Positions 1-12,684 of a stretch of 64,000 bases of DNA are shown here, piece after piece. Numbering within the stretch: position 1 is the first letter of the stretch; every line of letters begins with the position of its first letter. Origin of the DNA: Paraphysomonas bandaiensis (lineage: Eukaryota > Protista > Chrysophyceae); NCBI GenBank assembly GCA_965644295.1, contig CBFFRP010000019.1:124001-188000 (forward strand). The letters are read 5' to 3'. The notes under the pieces were generated by a model. That model was given only the letters and a program-made list of their open reading frames with translations, did no database searches and had not been told where the DNA came from. A program made the translations under genes and the position numbers.

Positions 1-673
1 GTGTAATCAAATAGATGAAGAATGATCAACGTACCTGATAAGGTGAGACATACACTCGAAAACTTTTCCAGTTAGACCAGGATCAGGGGAGCTGCCTTTG
101 GAAAGAGAATTCTCCCCACAACTGCTGGTCTTATCCACAAGCCCAACAAGAATTCTAAATACTCCATGGAAATGCGGAAACATATCATCCTGCACATCTC
201 TAAAACTATGTTACATATATACAGAGCGCTAATTTATTTTTACCTTGCAAGAACAGCTAATAGCTGTAAGAAAGCAGCCACGCTTTCAATCTCAGGCTTT
301 TCCAGGTGAGAGGTCAACAACTTGATTACTTTAGGTAAGTTATGCAAAAGCTCAGCTAATGATTGCACAAGAGGCCATATTTCGTAATAAAACCTTAAAT
401 CCCGAAAATATAACTAAATCAAACCACAAATATACATCGTATATACCTTTTAAAAGTTGAAGAGACATGTAAATCTTTCAAATTTTCCAATTCATCTTGA
501 AAGAAACATCCAGAGTTTCCAGTATCTGGAACTGTCGTTGTGACATCTAAAGCACCAGTCTGATTAACGCGATGGATAACATCAACATTAACTCTTTGTA
601 GCCGTTCTGATAATTTCTCAAAACGATATCTATTTTGACTTTCAGTATAATTCAATCCTTTAGGAGCAGACAT
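1..673 (-). CDS. UTP20: U3 snoRNA-associated protein 20 (small subunit processome), 5' portion; gene runs off the left edge
   Basis: Spliced translation MSAPKGLNYTESQNRYRFEKLSERLQRVNVDVIHR...FK|RFYYEIWPLVQSLAELLH...LLAVLAR|DVQDDMFPHFHGVF resembles the UTP20 N-terminus (YRF..F.ERL..VN.DI.HR; LARDLQ.DFYPHF). GT-AG introns at 394-446 and 200-243 restore the frame; another donor lies near 34. Confidence 0.85.
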
Positions 674-2359
674 TCTTTTAATCCAGTGATTTAAGCGATA
701 TACAGAGTGATATCCATGATCTATATATGTATATAATAGAGAATCGTTTTATAGAATATAAACTTATAATTTCAATATATAATAATCATTAATCATTGAA
801 TGAATATGATTTAAACTGATTAATTCATTCAATAAAGCGTCTTGTAATTGATAGATCGCCATTAAGTCCATTGAATATAAGTATAAGCTATTCCACCATT
901 CATTTTTCTAAACGGTCGAAACTATGTAAAATTGTGTAAATTACGTATTATTAGAGTATGTATTTTGTATATACGGTTGCTGGTATACTGGCAGGAGTGT
1001 GTTAGATGTGAAGGTCATGACCATACATAGACACACAGACAGTCTATTGTGGGGTGAAATTATGACCCCACCTGCAGATTAAAACAAAGGGCGATTGATG
1101 GAGTCGTTAATGGACTGACATGACTTCACTGTACCGCAAGCTTCATGCTGTTCAAGACCAGTATGATGACTTTTATCCGCTTGAGACAACTGCTTCATGT
1201 GTGTGGTTATTGCCATCAGAAGAGACAGTGAAGTGGAAGAGGGCCCTTACAAGAGGATAAAATACTGCTTGGGCCGTTATTTTGCAGAATGTATGCTCAG
1301 TGTACATCCTGTGAAGTTCTCCCGATAATTCAAGGATTCAAGTAATGTGACCGTTAGCATCTTCAATATCCATCAATGGGGGGCAGCGTTCATATTAGTA
1401 TTATTAATGCATGCAATTAATAGAAATAATATTTTGGGTAAATTATTTCCTATATATACACCTCAGATTGGCGGTGAAGACATCTAAAGTGCACAATGCT
1501 TCTGCTTCTTAGCAGGTGATTGGGAGCTAGTTTACACTTTGGTTCAGATTTCTCGTGGTATGTATATTAGTAGGTTCTAAGTAGTAATTGCCGTTAATTT
1601 TTACTTCGTAAGATGTTAATGCGAATACCGTCTTATTTTAATTGAATACATGCTTTGTCTTTTCATAATTGATACAGATCTTCAATATTGCTGGTTTTTA
1701 TATTATTTCCTACTTTGCAATATATATATTATACTGTGTTTATTGTTGTTAATTATAGTACCTCTAGGTCGTATTGGTATTATATTTTTAGGTAGTACCT
1801 ATAGGTAGTATTGATACATATAGGCAGTGCCTGTAGGTACATTTTAATATAAATAGGGATACTTATCAGTAGGAAATGTAGAGGTTATAGATACCACCTA
1901 TAGGGAGGCGATTAGGCACGTGTATTAGTGCAATATCATATGTCGATATTGGCATCATTTAATCTAACCATAAGTCCAACGCTCCTGACATACTCCTCAT
2001 TGGGGTAACCAGCCATTAGTGGATCATTTTCTTTCAACAGCATTCTTAGTACTGCAATAGCTGCACTTAACTTAGAACGTCTTTCTTAGGCGCTTCTTCC
2101 ATAATAGCAATAAATCAACAACTATGGATAAGTCTACAATTACAATACTATTTACAAGCAACTTCCAGAGTGAAGAAATTGCATCTTATTATGAATAATC
2201 AATATATACTACCTACGATTACCAGGTATCATGGTAATGTCAACATAATATTCTACTAATAGGCTGGCGTATTCATCCTCTGCAGAGTGTTACAGGTAGC
2301 ACTAATATTCTATTTATGATAGATGGTAAATATCAAGATACAAAGCACCCTATATCTAG

Positions 2360-3010
2360 GTGACAATGATTGACATGTTTCAATACACCGTCCTTATTTA
2401 CATCAATACGTATAGGGCACAGTGAGAAAGTAATATATCTTACATTCATATTAGTATATACATACTCAATTGACAATTGAAGTTATTCTTGCGTGGGTCT
2501 CTCCACAATCGAACTCTGAAGTGCCATTTTCGTCATATGCTCTGTATCATAGAATCAAAATTTCTAAATTAAATATTTTCACAACATAATTCAAGGACGT
2601 TACCCTAAGACTCCTCTGGTGTTACATGACAATCGAGTTCATACGGCTCCGCAGAGTATGCTGCACGTCAACAATGATTGACATGCTCCAACACAGTATC
2701 TTTATATACATCAATACGCACAGGACACTATGAGAAAGTATCTATAAATGATACAATCATAGTAGTATTTACCTTCAAATCAGAGAGGAGAATGACACTC
2801 AAGTGGAGTTATTCTTATGTGAGTCTCTGATGATCAGCTCTGCAGTATGAGTATATTCATATGCTCTGTTTCGAACCACTAAATTGAATATATTTACAAT
2901 ATCATCCGATCGTATTACCTGAGAGCCCTCTGGTGTTATGGTCATGGAATCAACTCTGCTATCTCTGTCTTTGAAATAGACCAACTCTCCAGTATGATTG
3001 CCACTTAACC
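2360..3010 (-). pseudogene. Decayed tandemly duplicated coding segment, WD40-like
   Basis: Two diverged copies about 310-330 bp apart (acaatgattgacatg at 2363 and 2671). They translate as TFSLCPIRIDVNKDGVLKHVNHC and TFS*CPVRIDVYKDTVLEHVNHC, plus TGELVYFKDRDSRVDSMTITPEGSQVIRSDDIVNIFNL, which looks like a WD40 repeat. Stops are present. Confidence 0.35.
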
Positions 3011-3763
3011 ATACCTTTCACCAGCTAAATCAACAACCAGCAGCATGTGGCATGAAAGAACTATGAGCTCATGTATTCCCAGTGAGGTTATGATCATATC
3101 ACAGCCTGCGTTCCTCTTATTACTATAAAAGTATCGCATCGTATCCTGTATGTGAAGCTAACAGACACCTGTCTCTGGATTCTGTGGACAATATGCCGAT
3201 TATTATCTTGAAAATGTGTAGTTTTGTGACATTTTTGAGTGAAAAACCAGGGGATTTTTTAGTTTAGGTTGTGTAATTCATTTTACATAGTTCTTCTAGT
3301 TTCGCTAAACCCAAAAACTCACACACACTACAATAGAGAATAATTTTTTCTTGTGTAAATTATTTTACACAACTCCCAAAAATCCAGCCTTTAGTTTTAC
3401 ATAGTTCGGTGGGTTTTCATACATGTAAAAATGGGGCAATCCAACTATATACCATACCAGCCTGTTATATATAGATAGGCTGTTTATCCCAACAATACTA
3501 CAATATGAATGTAACCCGTTTATCCCAACTACTTTGGTACTGTATGTTCATTCCTACAGCCCGTTTATTCCAACCTTTCCAAAAAGAACAACAACGTCAG
3601 TCTATTGACGTACATACCAAAAAATTCAGAGGTCGTGGGGTCCATGGGGTGGACGTGTCAACCGTCATAGTCAGACATGCATTCATCTTCCCATGTACGA
3701 CCATTACCTCTATGTTCCTTTCTCGAAGACCATCATTATTATTTATAATGTTCTTTCGATAGC

Positions 3764-6186
3764 ATGATGCATAAAGAATTAAAACCTCATCCTGATGCAA
3801 TGGCTACTCTCTTTTATTCCAAACCAAACATATCTTTTGGAGATATCTTCTTCAGTGGGGTTGACCGTAAGAGTGTATATACATTATCCTTTGCAGTGGT
3901 TGGTCTAACAGCATCATCATATTTCGTGTTACATGAAGTATACCGACAATTACCGCAATACATGGAATTGGAAACACTTGTGTTTTCTTCGGTTATCGCA
4001 TCGTTTTTCTTCATTGTTATGATTAGCTTTGCCCACTTAGACTTTCAGCTAAAGAGAATGTTGAGTGCTGTTGTGGTACTAGGAGGGGTGGTTTGTGCCG
4101 ATATTATGGTTTATAGCTGGAAGTACATGCGATCGGTGCCTAGACATGATGAACGGCAAGCGATAGGTTTATTCTACGTGTTTGTGTGCAGTCTAGTTTG
4201 CACGGCATTATCAGTCATTTATATCCTTCGACGTGCTCTGATGACGCGTTCTTCTAGTGAAGACTATCAAGCACGGGGTGAAATTTATGTTTCACGTAGA
4301 ATAAAACGCTCACCGTCTGTGTTTCTGTCAAAGCCACCTCTCTCGTTGTCATTACACCCATCTTTTCAAGTCATTAGCTCACCAAAAGATTCTCTCCTAC
4401 GGGTTAGACCCCTAGTGTCTCCTGCAGGTCCCACGTGTGTGGATGGAGTCTTTATCGGCCACAATAGCACAGAAACTCATAGTTCAATTGATAAGACTAC
4501 ATCTCTGGCACGGTTCGTGGAATCCTCTTCCTCTCTCACATTGGAGTCGGATTGTGGTGGGATAGAGGAATCCTTTTACAACCCACCGGTTGTCCTGTAT
4601 ATGGGTATAGGGTTATCATTAGTTTGGTTGGGCTACTGTGCGCTGGTTGCCTATAATACCATTGATGCGCAAAATTTGGAACACCTCGCTCAGGAGCTTG
4701 ATGAAGATGCCGATATTGTTGCTGGTGCGTGGGTGACAACAGCATCCTCTTTTGCAAATTTGCAAGCAGTCGTGAGTGCGTTAGAAGAGTCTGGGGATCT
4801 GGATGAGGATCGTCTTGCGTCACTGATTAGTGCTATGAGTTCTGTTGGTTCAGCGCTAGAGAATGGTTCATCTGGGGCCGAGACGGTGTACTCTGATTTG
4901 ACCCGATACTCAGATTGGACGGAAGTACTAAAGCAATCAATGATATTAGCATTGAGGATAGGTGGGGCTGTTGCACTCCCTATCGTATCATTCCTGGTTC
5001 TGATTCCTCTGTGGTCGGCGCGTCGGATACGTGCCCAGATGCAGGCAGGCATATGGTCACACTCTCAGTTACCGTGTTTGCTGAACTCATGCCCCGATTC
5101 ACCAGAAAGTGTCTACAGAAGCCTCTTGTCTATGATCACTACCGTTTTAGGTGCCCAAATGGGACTGGCTGCTGTCGGGTTCTTTTGTATCGCTAGCATT
5201 ATAGCCATTATAGCCCTTGTTTTTACTTTTCCGGTTTCAAGATTTTTTTTGTGGAGCATACGTTTTCATGTGGTTAGTTTAGTTGTTTTGTGTGTCATAG
5301 GATCGACGCTATGTGCCATCGTTCACCAGTTGAGACTCCCTTTACATCGTCTTTCTGTCTCAACTCTAGTTCTCATGTTTTATAATATCATTCCTGGTCA
5401 ACTTTTTGGATTATATCGTGTTCTCTGCAGCTTGGTGGGTGGATTGGTTGCAGCAATCAGGGTGGACTCTCCGTGTCCGTTTGGGTCAGTGTGGGGTGAT
5501 TCTGTCTACATGTCGTTTTTAGGGTTAATATACTTTGAGGTATGGTTGGTGTATTTTTACAAGTTTCAATGTCTTATTCCCTACTGTAGCATATGACCAA
5601 GAACCCAATTGTTTTCGTGGCGACTTCAGCGCTCAAGCATAAATGGAAGCGGAAATCATGTAATCGCCGTGCCGAACTCCGTTGGTTTTTGGCCTATACT
5701 CTGATAAAAAACCCCTCTCTTATTCGACATAGAGTACGTTACAAAAACCTCAGTGGAACCATTCTTGCTTCGCCATCCTCTGATGATAGCAGTGCGCGTA
5801 GCGAGGGTGGGAGTGAATCGCACGTGTCCTCCAGACACAGCCAGGGAACACCATCTGCTCCATCAACTCATACACCAAGTTGTAGCCCAATTACTCCACG
5901 CCGCAATATGTTCAGCGATCGCGATCCTCGACCGACAAGTGAAGGTTGTACGAAAGCTTGTCGCCAGCATCGTCGAGGAAGTTCACTGGGCTCATGTCCA
6001 ACATCTATGGGTGTAGCTTATGAAAACAGTCGAGCTAAAACGCCATCTCTAGATGGTGACCTGGCCACAGGATCAAGCCACACGCGGGCCCCATTAGTTC
6101 CATCTCCGTCGACCCGCCCTTCCAAGTCATCAGCAGAATTGAGGCTAGCTTCTTTGTCCCGACCTGTGTCAGCTGCAACTCTTTGA
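3764..6186 (+). CDS. STRA6: STRA6/RBP-receptor-like multi-pass membrane protein (exons 3764-5539, 5590-6186)
   Basis: Many hydrophobic segments. The 50-nt intron 5540-5589 joins IYFE|HMTKNPIV in frame. The C-terminal pattern YNIIPG..GLYRVL.SL....IRVD......D.VY.SF.GL..E....NP and RRAELRWFLAYTLIKNPSL resembles STRA6 (RARWGLAYTLLHNPTL). The true start may lie upstream. Confidence 0.7.
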
Positions 6187-6561
6187 CAATCTAGGTGTAA
6201 TATTTGTTACAGGAGTGTGGAAACTATGAAGGAAAGCGTACTATTCGAATATATATCTTATGTGTACACTAAAGTTTCTACACTTATTTTTTAGCTTAAT
6301 AATATATTATCGTGCACAGGGGAATATCGGCTCTTTACAAAAGAAATAGTCATAGTTATGTACTTGCAATGCACTCAGTCTTATATCTACCAACTACCAC
6401 TGTATAGCTTGGAGGGTACCTACAATCTACTATGTGATAGTACTGATGGAAAGGAGTGTTGAATCTACAATTATCGTTAGCATACGTACACAATTCCAAA
6501 TAAGTAAAAGCAGATGAAGTAGATAAAGCAATATGTTGTAGTATATAGTATAGATTTATGG

Positions 6562-7359
6562 CAGGGCTAGGAAACAATATATTGAATTGCAAAACATTGT
6601 ACAATATATTGCAATATATTGTAAAATATATTGATTGGTCGACCGGCCAAAAATCCCATCAATATTGTTTCTGTTTGGGAAACCCAAAATATATTGCAAT
6701 ATATTGCAATCAATATTATGATAGTCATATAAGAGAAGATTCCCAACTGTAGCGTGCAAAATGGATATAAATAACAGAGAAATTGATTACAACTTTACAG
6801 AGGATGATGAAGCTGATGTTGACTATGCGACTAAAAATCTTCAGTCAGCTCAAACAATTAAGAAACGTACAGATCCACGAGTCATTAACGGTTACCAGGC
6901 CCTGGTATGTACTTCCAATACATGGTTGCGTCTGTTCAGCGCAGCTAAACATATTATATCAGTGTTTCGCTAAAGTATCCATCCTACTTAATATGTTGAT
7001 GTTTCTGAAAGCAATTCGACAGTTGTGGCCGAATACTAGCATATTTCAATATATTTTGTGGATGTATATGGCGATGTTGACGTCACCGCTGATGGCTCAG
7101 AGGATGAGAACTAGGTGGATTTTTAGTAGCTATAAGCAGCAGTTGGTTTGGTTGTCATGTGATCTTAATGACTAATACTAAAAATGGAATATACGGATGT
7201 GTTTACTTACTGATTACTCATACTAATATATTGCAATACATTGACAATATATTGCAATATATTGTAATTGTATTGTTGAGCCTGTTTAAAATCTCCATCA
7301 ATAGTATTGATGGAACGCTCTCTAACAATAGTATTGCAATATATTGTTTCCTAGCCCTG
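6562..7359 (+). mobile_element. Non-autonomous hAT-family DNA transposon (798 bp) with transposase C-terminal remnant
   Basis: TIRs CAGGGCTAGGAAACAATATATTG ... CAATATATTGTTTCCTAGCCCTG; perfect 8-bp TSD ATTTATGG (6554-6561, 7360-7367); subterminal GCAATATATTG repeats; internal TSNTWLRLFSAAKHIISVFR and MLMFLKAIRQLW resemble the hAT dimerization domain. Confidence 0.92.
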
Positions 7360-7831
7360 ATTTATGGAGCCTCTTCATGACTACAGGTGAAAGCACAACT
7401 CAGACAAAAGAAATTCAAGTAATATTTCATCGAGAAGCCCTGTATATACATCATATTTTAGATTCTTGTTTCTTCTAACACTAAGTATGTCGCTATTCTT
7501 ATAGTTAACAAGGGGAAATATGGAGACTATACTGCCGTTCATGGTAACAGTTTTCATACTCAGGACATTAAAAGCATGTACAAATTTAGATACAGGCTTG
7601 CTTGCACAAATACAGATAGAACAGAGAACAGAGCATGTTAACTAATTTGTCAATTAAATCAGTAAATTTCATACAAACCTACAATATATACACAGCTATG
7701 CATCATAGTTAATAACTGCTTCACTCCAAGAGGTGTTATACTAAAACTACAATGATGTTGAGTGATTGCCAAATACTATCATGCAAACCCCACGCATAAA
7801 TCAAAACCATATATGTTCAAAACCTTCGATT

Positions 7832-8944
7832 TCAGCACATGCCTTTAAGTGCAGGAGATGAGCGATAGGACCTGATGGACAGGCCGATGGATTGTTGAAG
7901 AGTTTCCTGAATGCTTTGGGGGTGATAGCGAACAGCACGACGTGCATTTTCCAATGGTAAACTGACCACATTTATTCCCCTTTCCCCGAAATGCCTTCCA
8001 CGGTACGAGGAAAAACAGCACCTGGATCTCCTTTCATTGCCCTCCTCACTTTGCCCCCAAGACCCGGCAATCGCCCGCCCATGATGTGGGGGCATGTAGT
8101 CGTCTTCCAGAGCAGATAGCACATGACCAGGTATTTTTAGTCCAGGTACAAAGTCCATAGGAACGACTGCATAAGGGTCACTGCCGAGACGGGATCGAAG
8201 AGTTTTTCGAATTACACTGGCACAAAGCAAAAGGGCACGCTGAGGGATATGCACTCCATACGCTGTCACAGATTGTGTAGCATCTGGACAAAAAAATAAT
8301 CAGGAAACATAGCAATACACATATTGAGATTAACCTTTAACCATCTGCTTCACACTTATAAATGGCGAGTCAAGGACTACAAACTTAATGTATTTAGGGA
8401 GGTTTAGTTTACTGCAGTACTCTATTGCTATGGCAGTGGACATGCCGCGAGCCCAGATAATTACTTCGTTATACTCATATCTCTCCATGATATAATCCAC
8501 CACAGCTGAAAGGTCCTTGACCATTGAAAACGATAAGTGACCACCAGATTTTCCACATCCAGGAAGGTCAAACGCTATGAGGTTAGCTCCTAACTCAGTG
8601 CAAAAAGGTAGGACTTCTTTTGCGTCAACAAGTGCACGGGTATTAGTATGCAAGTATAACACGCACAACTTCGAATTAACATCATGCATCCATGCTGCAC
8701 ACTGCAAGCAAGTTTCACCGTTACGAACTACAAACTCATCTACAATACAAGGGGGATCGTCCTCTGAACATGTTTGGAGCTCATTTAGTGAATACTCCAG
8801 TCGCTTCGGTTGTGTAAGCATCTTCATTAGATCAGAAAATGAGCGGGAGAAGAATCCTCCAACAGACTCATTTTTCGGTCCATGAAGTTTCCAGAAGGAT
8901 TCTTCAAGTTCTCCTTCCGCAAATACATCGATTTCGTTTCCCAT
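7832..8944 (-). CDS. Alpha/beta hydrolase-fold protein (YqkD/ABHD-like), probably catalytically degenerate
   Basis: Motifs CVLYLHTN, AFDLPGCGKSGG, IIWARGMST, VVLDSPF, EDDYMP and GRHFGER. The 51-nt intron 8284-8334 joins MVK|DATQ in frame. Confidence 0.75.
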
Positions 8945-9452
8945 ATTGGAATGGATACACTTCACAATATAAACAATACACAATTAAATATAATCACATT
9001 CAATGATGATCTTATCTCACATAAACTTCTACTTACTTCTTGTACAATAATAACAAAGTAGTTGTAATAGAAGCATATAGGCTTCTTCCCATATATGTAA
9101 ACTACACTGAGTGAACTGCTACATATAGCTAACCCCTATGAGATATACAGTAACTTACTGTATCGTAGGAAGGGAATATTCCAAAATTTAGAGTCGTTTT
9201 TTTCATATACTTTCTCCCATTTTCCATATTTTACATACGTCATAAATATCCAATAAAATTACTTGTATAATTTATGATTGGTAAGGAGATGTTCATCATT
9301 CACTTCAACTAACAATAACTTCAATTACTTCTTTGATTTCTGATTGCCAGGAGTGTGTATACATCTACTTGTAGATGAACTCTGTATATACAGATGCATT
9401 AACTTTCTAACTAACTAACTCTAATCTATCTCATCTTAAACAAGTAATATAC

Positions 9453-10852
9453 ATGAAAGCTGTTCATGAAATTGCCCATTTCTTCTCCTCAACCCCAGAT
9501 GAAGAAGACCCTGCAAGAGACAGGGTAGTTATGTTCGAAGAGGGGTCACCTACAGACACTGTATCTCTAGGGGTAAAAGGAGCTAATTTATGTGAGTTAG
9601 TCAGGTAATCTTTAAAAAAAATATGTGTATTATGTATCCCATAAGAGGTATGCTTTAGTCTTGGTCTCAATGTTCCATGTGGATTTGTTCTTACGGCAAA
9701 AGTATCTCGAATGTACTTTGATGACATTGCCGATGGTCGAGATCTTCTTAGTCTACAACGCGTGTATGTGCATATTAATAACTGCTGTATGACTGGTGTC
9801 AAACGTATAGAAAAGAAGACTGGGAAACGCTTCGCTACAACCCGGCAGTCGATTTATACTCCAATGCTACTCTCTGTTCGGCCCAGTGCACCAGCCGTAC
9901 TACCAGGTGTATTGGGCTCTGTGTTAAACTTGGGTATAAATGAAGACCTCGTTCTGCATATGGCACGAACACCTGGTATGAGCATGCACTTTGCCCTTGA
10001 TACGTACCGCCGGTTTTTGCGGGACTTTGGAGTTGTGGTGCGGAAGCAAGATCCTACGCTGTATCGCAATCGAAGCGCGGAGTTGCGCAGACGCGAGGGC
10101 GTAACTCGGACGCAGGATCTGTCGACAAAGGCGTTGCGGGAGCTCTGCGATTCGTATAAATCAATTGTTGATCCACCGGAAGATCCTTATGAGCAGCTGC
10201 AGCAGGCGGTGGAGGGTGTGTATAATTGGTTTCTCTCTCCAGAGAGTTTTGAGTGCAGGGAGGCGAAAGGTGTACCGAAGGAAGCTGGCTTAGCAGTGGT
10301 TATACAAGACATGGTGTTTGGAAATATGAATAAAAGCTCGGGGTCAGGGGTGTGTCTCACCCGGCAAGTCAACCTCGGTGGTATTCTGTCAGGTGCGTTG
10401 AACGAGTTCCCATATCTGGTCACACCTTTCTGAAGTATATTTTTCAGGAGACTTTCTTCCAGAGGGAGAAGGAGAGGAGGTGTTGGATCGATACAACCCA
10501 GAGGTCGAAACAATACAGGTACACTTTAAAAGTTTATTTATACAAGAGTTTACATGGAACAGGATCTTCAGAAACAGTTCGGGGAAGCCTACTCGGATCT
10601 ACTTTTCGCACTACGTACCCTTGAAGAACACTCCCAGCAACCAGTGTTGTTTGTCGAGTTCACTGTTGAAAATGGAAGGTTGTATATACTCGAGGTAGGA
10701 TATGATTACATTTATCATGACATATGAATTGTATAGCTGTTGTACGACTGTGTACGTGCTTTGCTGATATGTGGCTGTAGACGGATGTAGTCAAGGAGAA
10801 ACCCAGGTCAAAAGGGAGAAGGTTCACCCTGAAATTCCCGTTTATGAAATAG
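9453..10852 (+). CDS. Pyruvate phosphate dikinase-like protein, N-terminal ATP-grasp domain only (about 386 aa, 5 exons)
   Basis: Exons 9453-9604, 9659-10392, 10448-10518, 10563-10694, 10781-10852 give LGVKGANLCEL, GLNVPCGFVLT, LLSVRPSA..VLPG...SVLNLG, DTYRRF, AVVIQDMVFGN..SGSGV..TR, GDFL..GEGEEV and VEFTVENGRLYILE, all PPDK N-domain motifs. A stop follows shortly after. Confidence 0.8.
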
Positions 10853-11254
10853 GTTTATGTTTACTAGCGTTCTGCATTCAATATATTATTTTTACTGAGT
10901 ATGAAACGTAGTTATTTCACATTGGGAAATTATAATATAACAAAACCAATGATGGAGGTAGTACGTTGCACCAGCATGATGGCTTTGAAATGCACAAAAA
11001 TAAAGTACATGCACTTAATATCGCATTTACCTAGCATTGAAAAATATTTATTTTACACTTCTGCTTAATCATAACATTATGGACATTCAAGTGTAGTATG
11101 CTACACAGTACACAGTGGCTTGGAAAGACACTGAAATATGGTACATAAGGACAAAAAAGATACATATCAACCCTGCGATGCGAGGTTGACAACAATTACA
11201 CTACCAACTGTACACACACCGGTCAAACGCTACTAACTGACACGTCTGTAAACT

Positions 11255-12684
11255 CTACACTTCATCATCCTCTCGCAAGAGAGAAGTTCTGGAGTTAACT
11301 CGCTTTGGAACCGCCTCGCGCTGTTTTTCATTTAGAGTACCAACGTTCTGTGCTCGCAGGAGTTCTTTATAGAAATATTTTCTGTCCTTAGGAAACTTAT
11401 AGCTGAAGTATGGAGCTGTCCACACAAACCAGTAAGCGAAAGAGAGTACTTTCGAGTATAGGAAGGTTGCGAGAACAGTGTAAACCCGCATCACAACGTA
11501 CGCCTGGTAGAGAGCAGCGAGTGACAGAATGACGTTGATAACAACAAAAACAAAAAGTACACGCCCTCCTAAATATTCCACAGCATCCTTTATTCCTCGA
11601 CCGATACAATTCTCTTGGAAGAAGACACGACCATGGACACAGTCGCAGGTGGCCAAAAATTTCAACAGTGAGGCATATGGCACTATGATGCATGCTGCAG
11701 CTGCGGATATCATCCATGGCGGGTAGTATTGACAATGCTCTTTATATTCGCTGTAGTCCATGCCATCATTTTTCCCGCCAACACATTGCAGTCGTTCGTT
11801 GCCATGTTCATCCGCCACGTGCTGCTCGTCACAACCACCGGTACAAATAAATTTCTGTAATATAAATTCTTCAGTATATATTTATAAAATCAGAAGCCAG
11901 TGTGTATCCTGAGCACTGAATATACCTAAGCACTTAATATAACTTACTTACCTCATGGTAGTGCAAATCGTTGAGCATTGCCACTGTGAGAACAAACGCA
12001 AAGGAAAGCGTACAGAGAAATACAATCACCCGCAGCTTGGTTTTAAAAGGATGTAATCTGTGGTGCGCGAAAAGCCCAAGTAATGGGTGCCGGTTACGGA
12101 TAAATTGAAAGTAGTTGCTCGATACTGATCCATCTGTGCCAGGGTATCCGAACACTACCAACTCTCGTTGTTACGCACAAAAAAGTACAATGTATGAAAA
12201 TACCTCGCTGTGACAACAAGAACCGTACGATCGCATTTTCGTCACTCGAGTCCACAGCAACAATCTCCTGGCCGAAGCCACCTTTAGCCAACTTCCGCTC
12301 TGCGCGTTGTAATCGTGCCCTGAAGCTATTGCGTGCGACCTGACGGGATCGGCTCATTCTATACTCCGCGGGGCACTCCTCTGAATCACCCGCATCTTCT
12401 TCTACATTATCCTCTCGGTCTTCATTACCAGGATTACATGACATAGGATTCGTCGAGCATTCTATTTCTGATTGCTCTTTATCTACGGCAGATGCTGATA
12501 AGACAGGCGCCTCAACACTTGGTGGTTCTATATAGTCTTCATCAAAAGGATTAGAGGAAGGTTGAACAGGATGGTACAGCTTTGAGGAACTTTGAACATC
12601 TACATCGAAAGGATTCGTTGGATTCTGTACAGTTCGTTTAACTTTTCGTGGTATAGGTAATCCGAAATCATCCCTATCACTCAT
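11255..12684 (-). CDS. Hypothetical multi-pass membrane protein (at least 3 exons)
   Basis: Three consecutive minus-strand ORFs joined by plausible introns (12164-12203 and about 11856-11950). Acidic disordered N-terminus, HPLLGLFAHHRLHPF...RVIVFL motif and several TM helices. Confidence 0.6.

Noticed and set aside
1020-1560. Coding-like GC-richer patch upstream of UTP20
   Set aside because: Stops in all frames and no recognisable motif; too degraded to call.
6556-7380. Several short ORFs (64-130 aa) as genes
   Set aside because: They lie inside the hAT element; only broken transposase fragments are meaningful.
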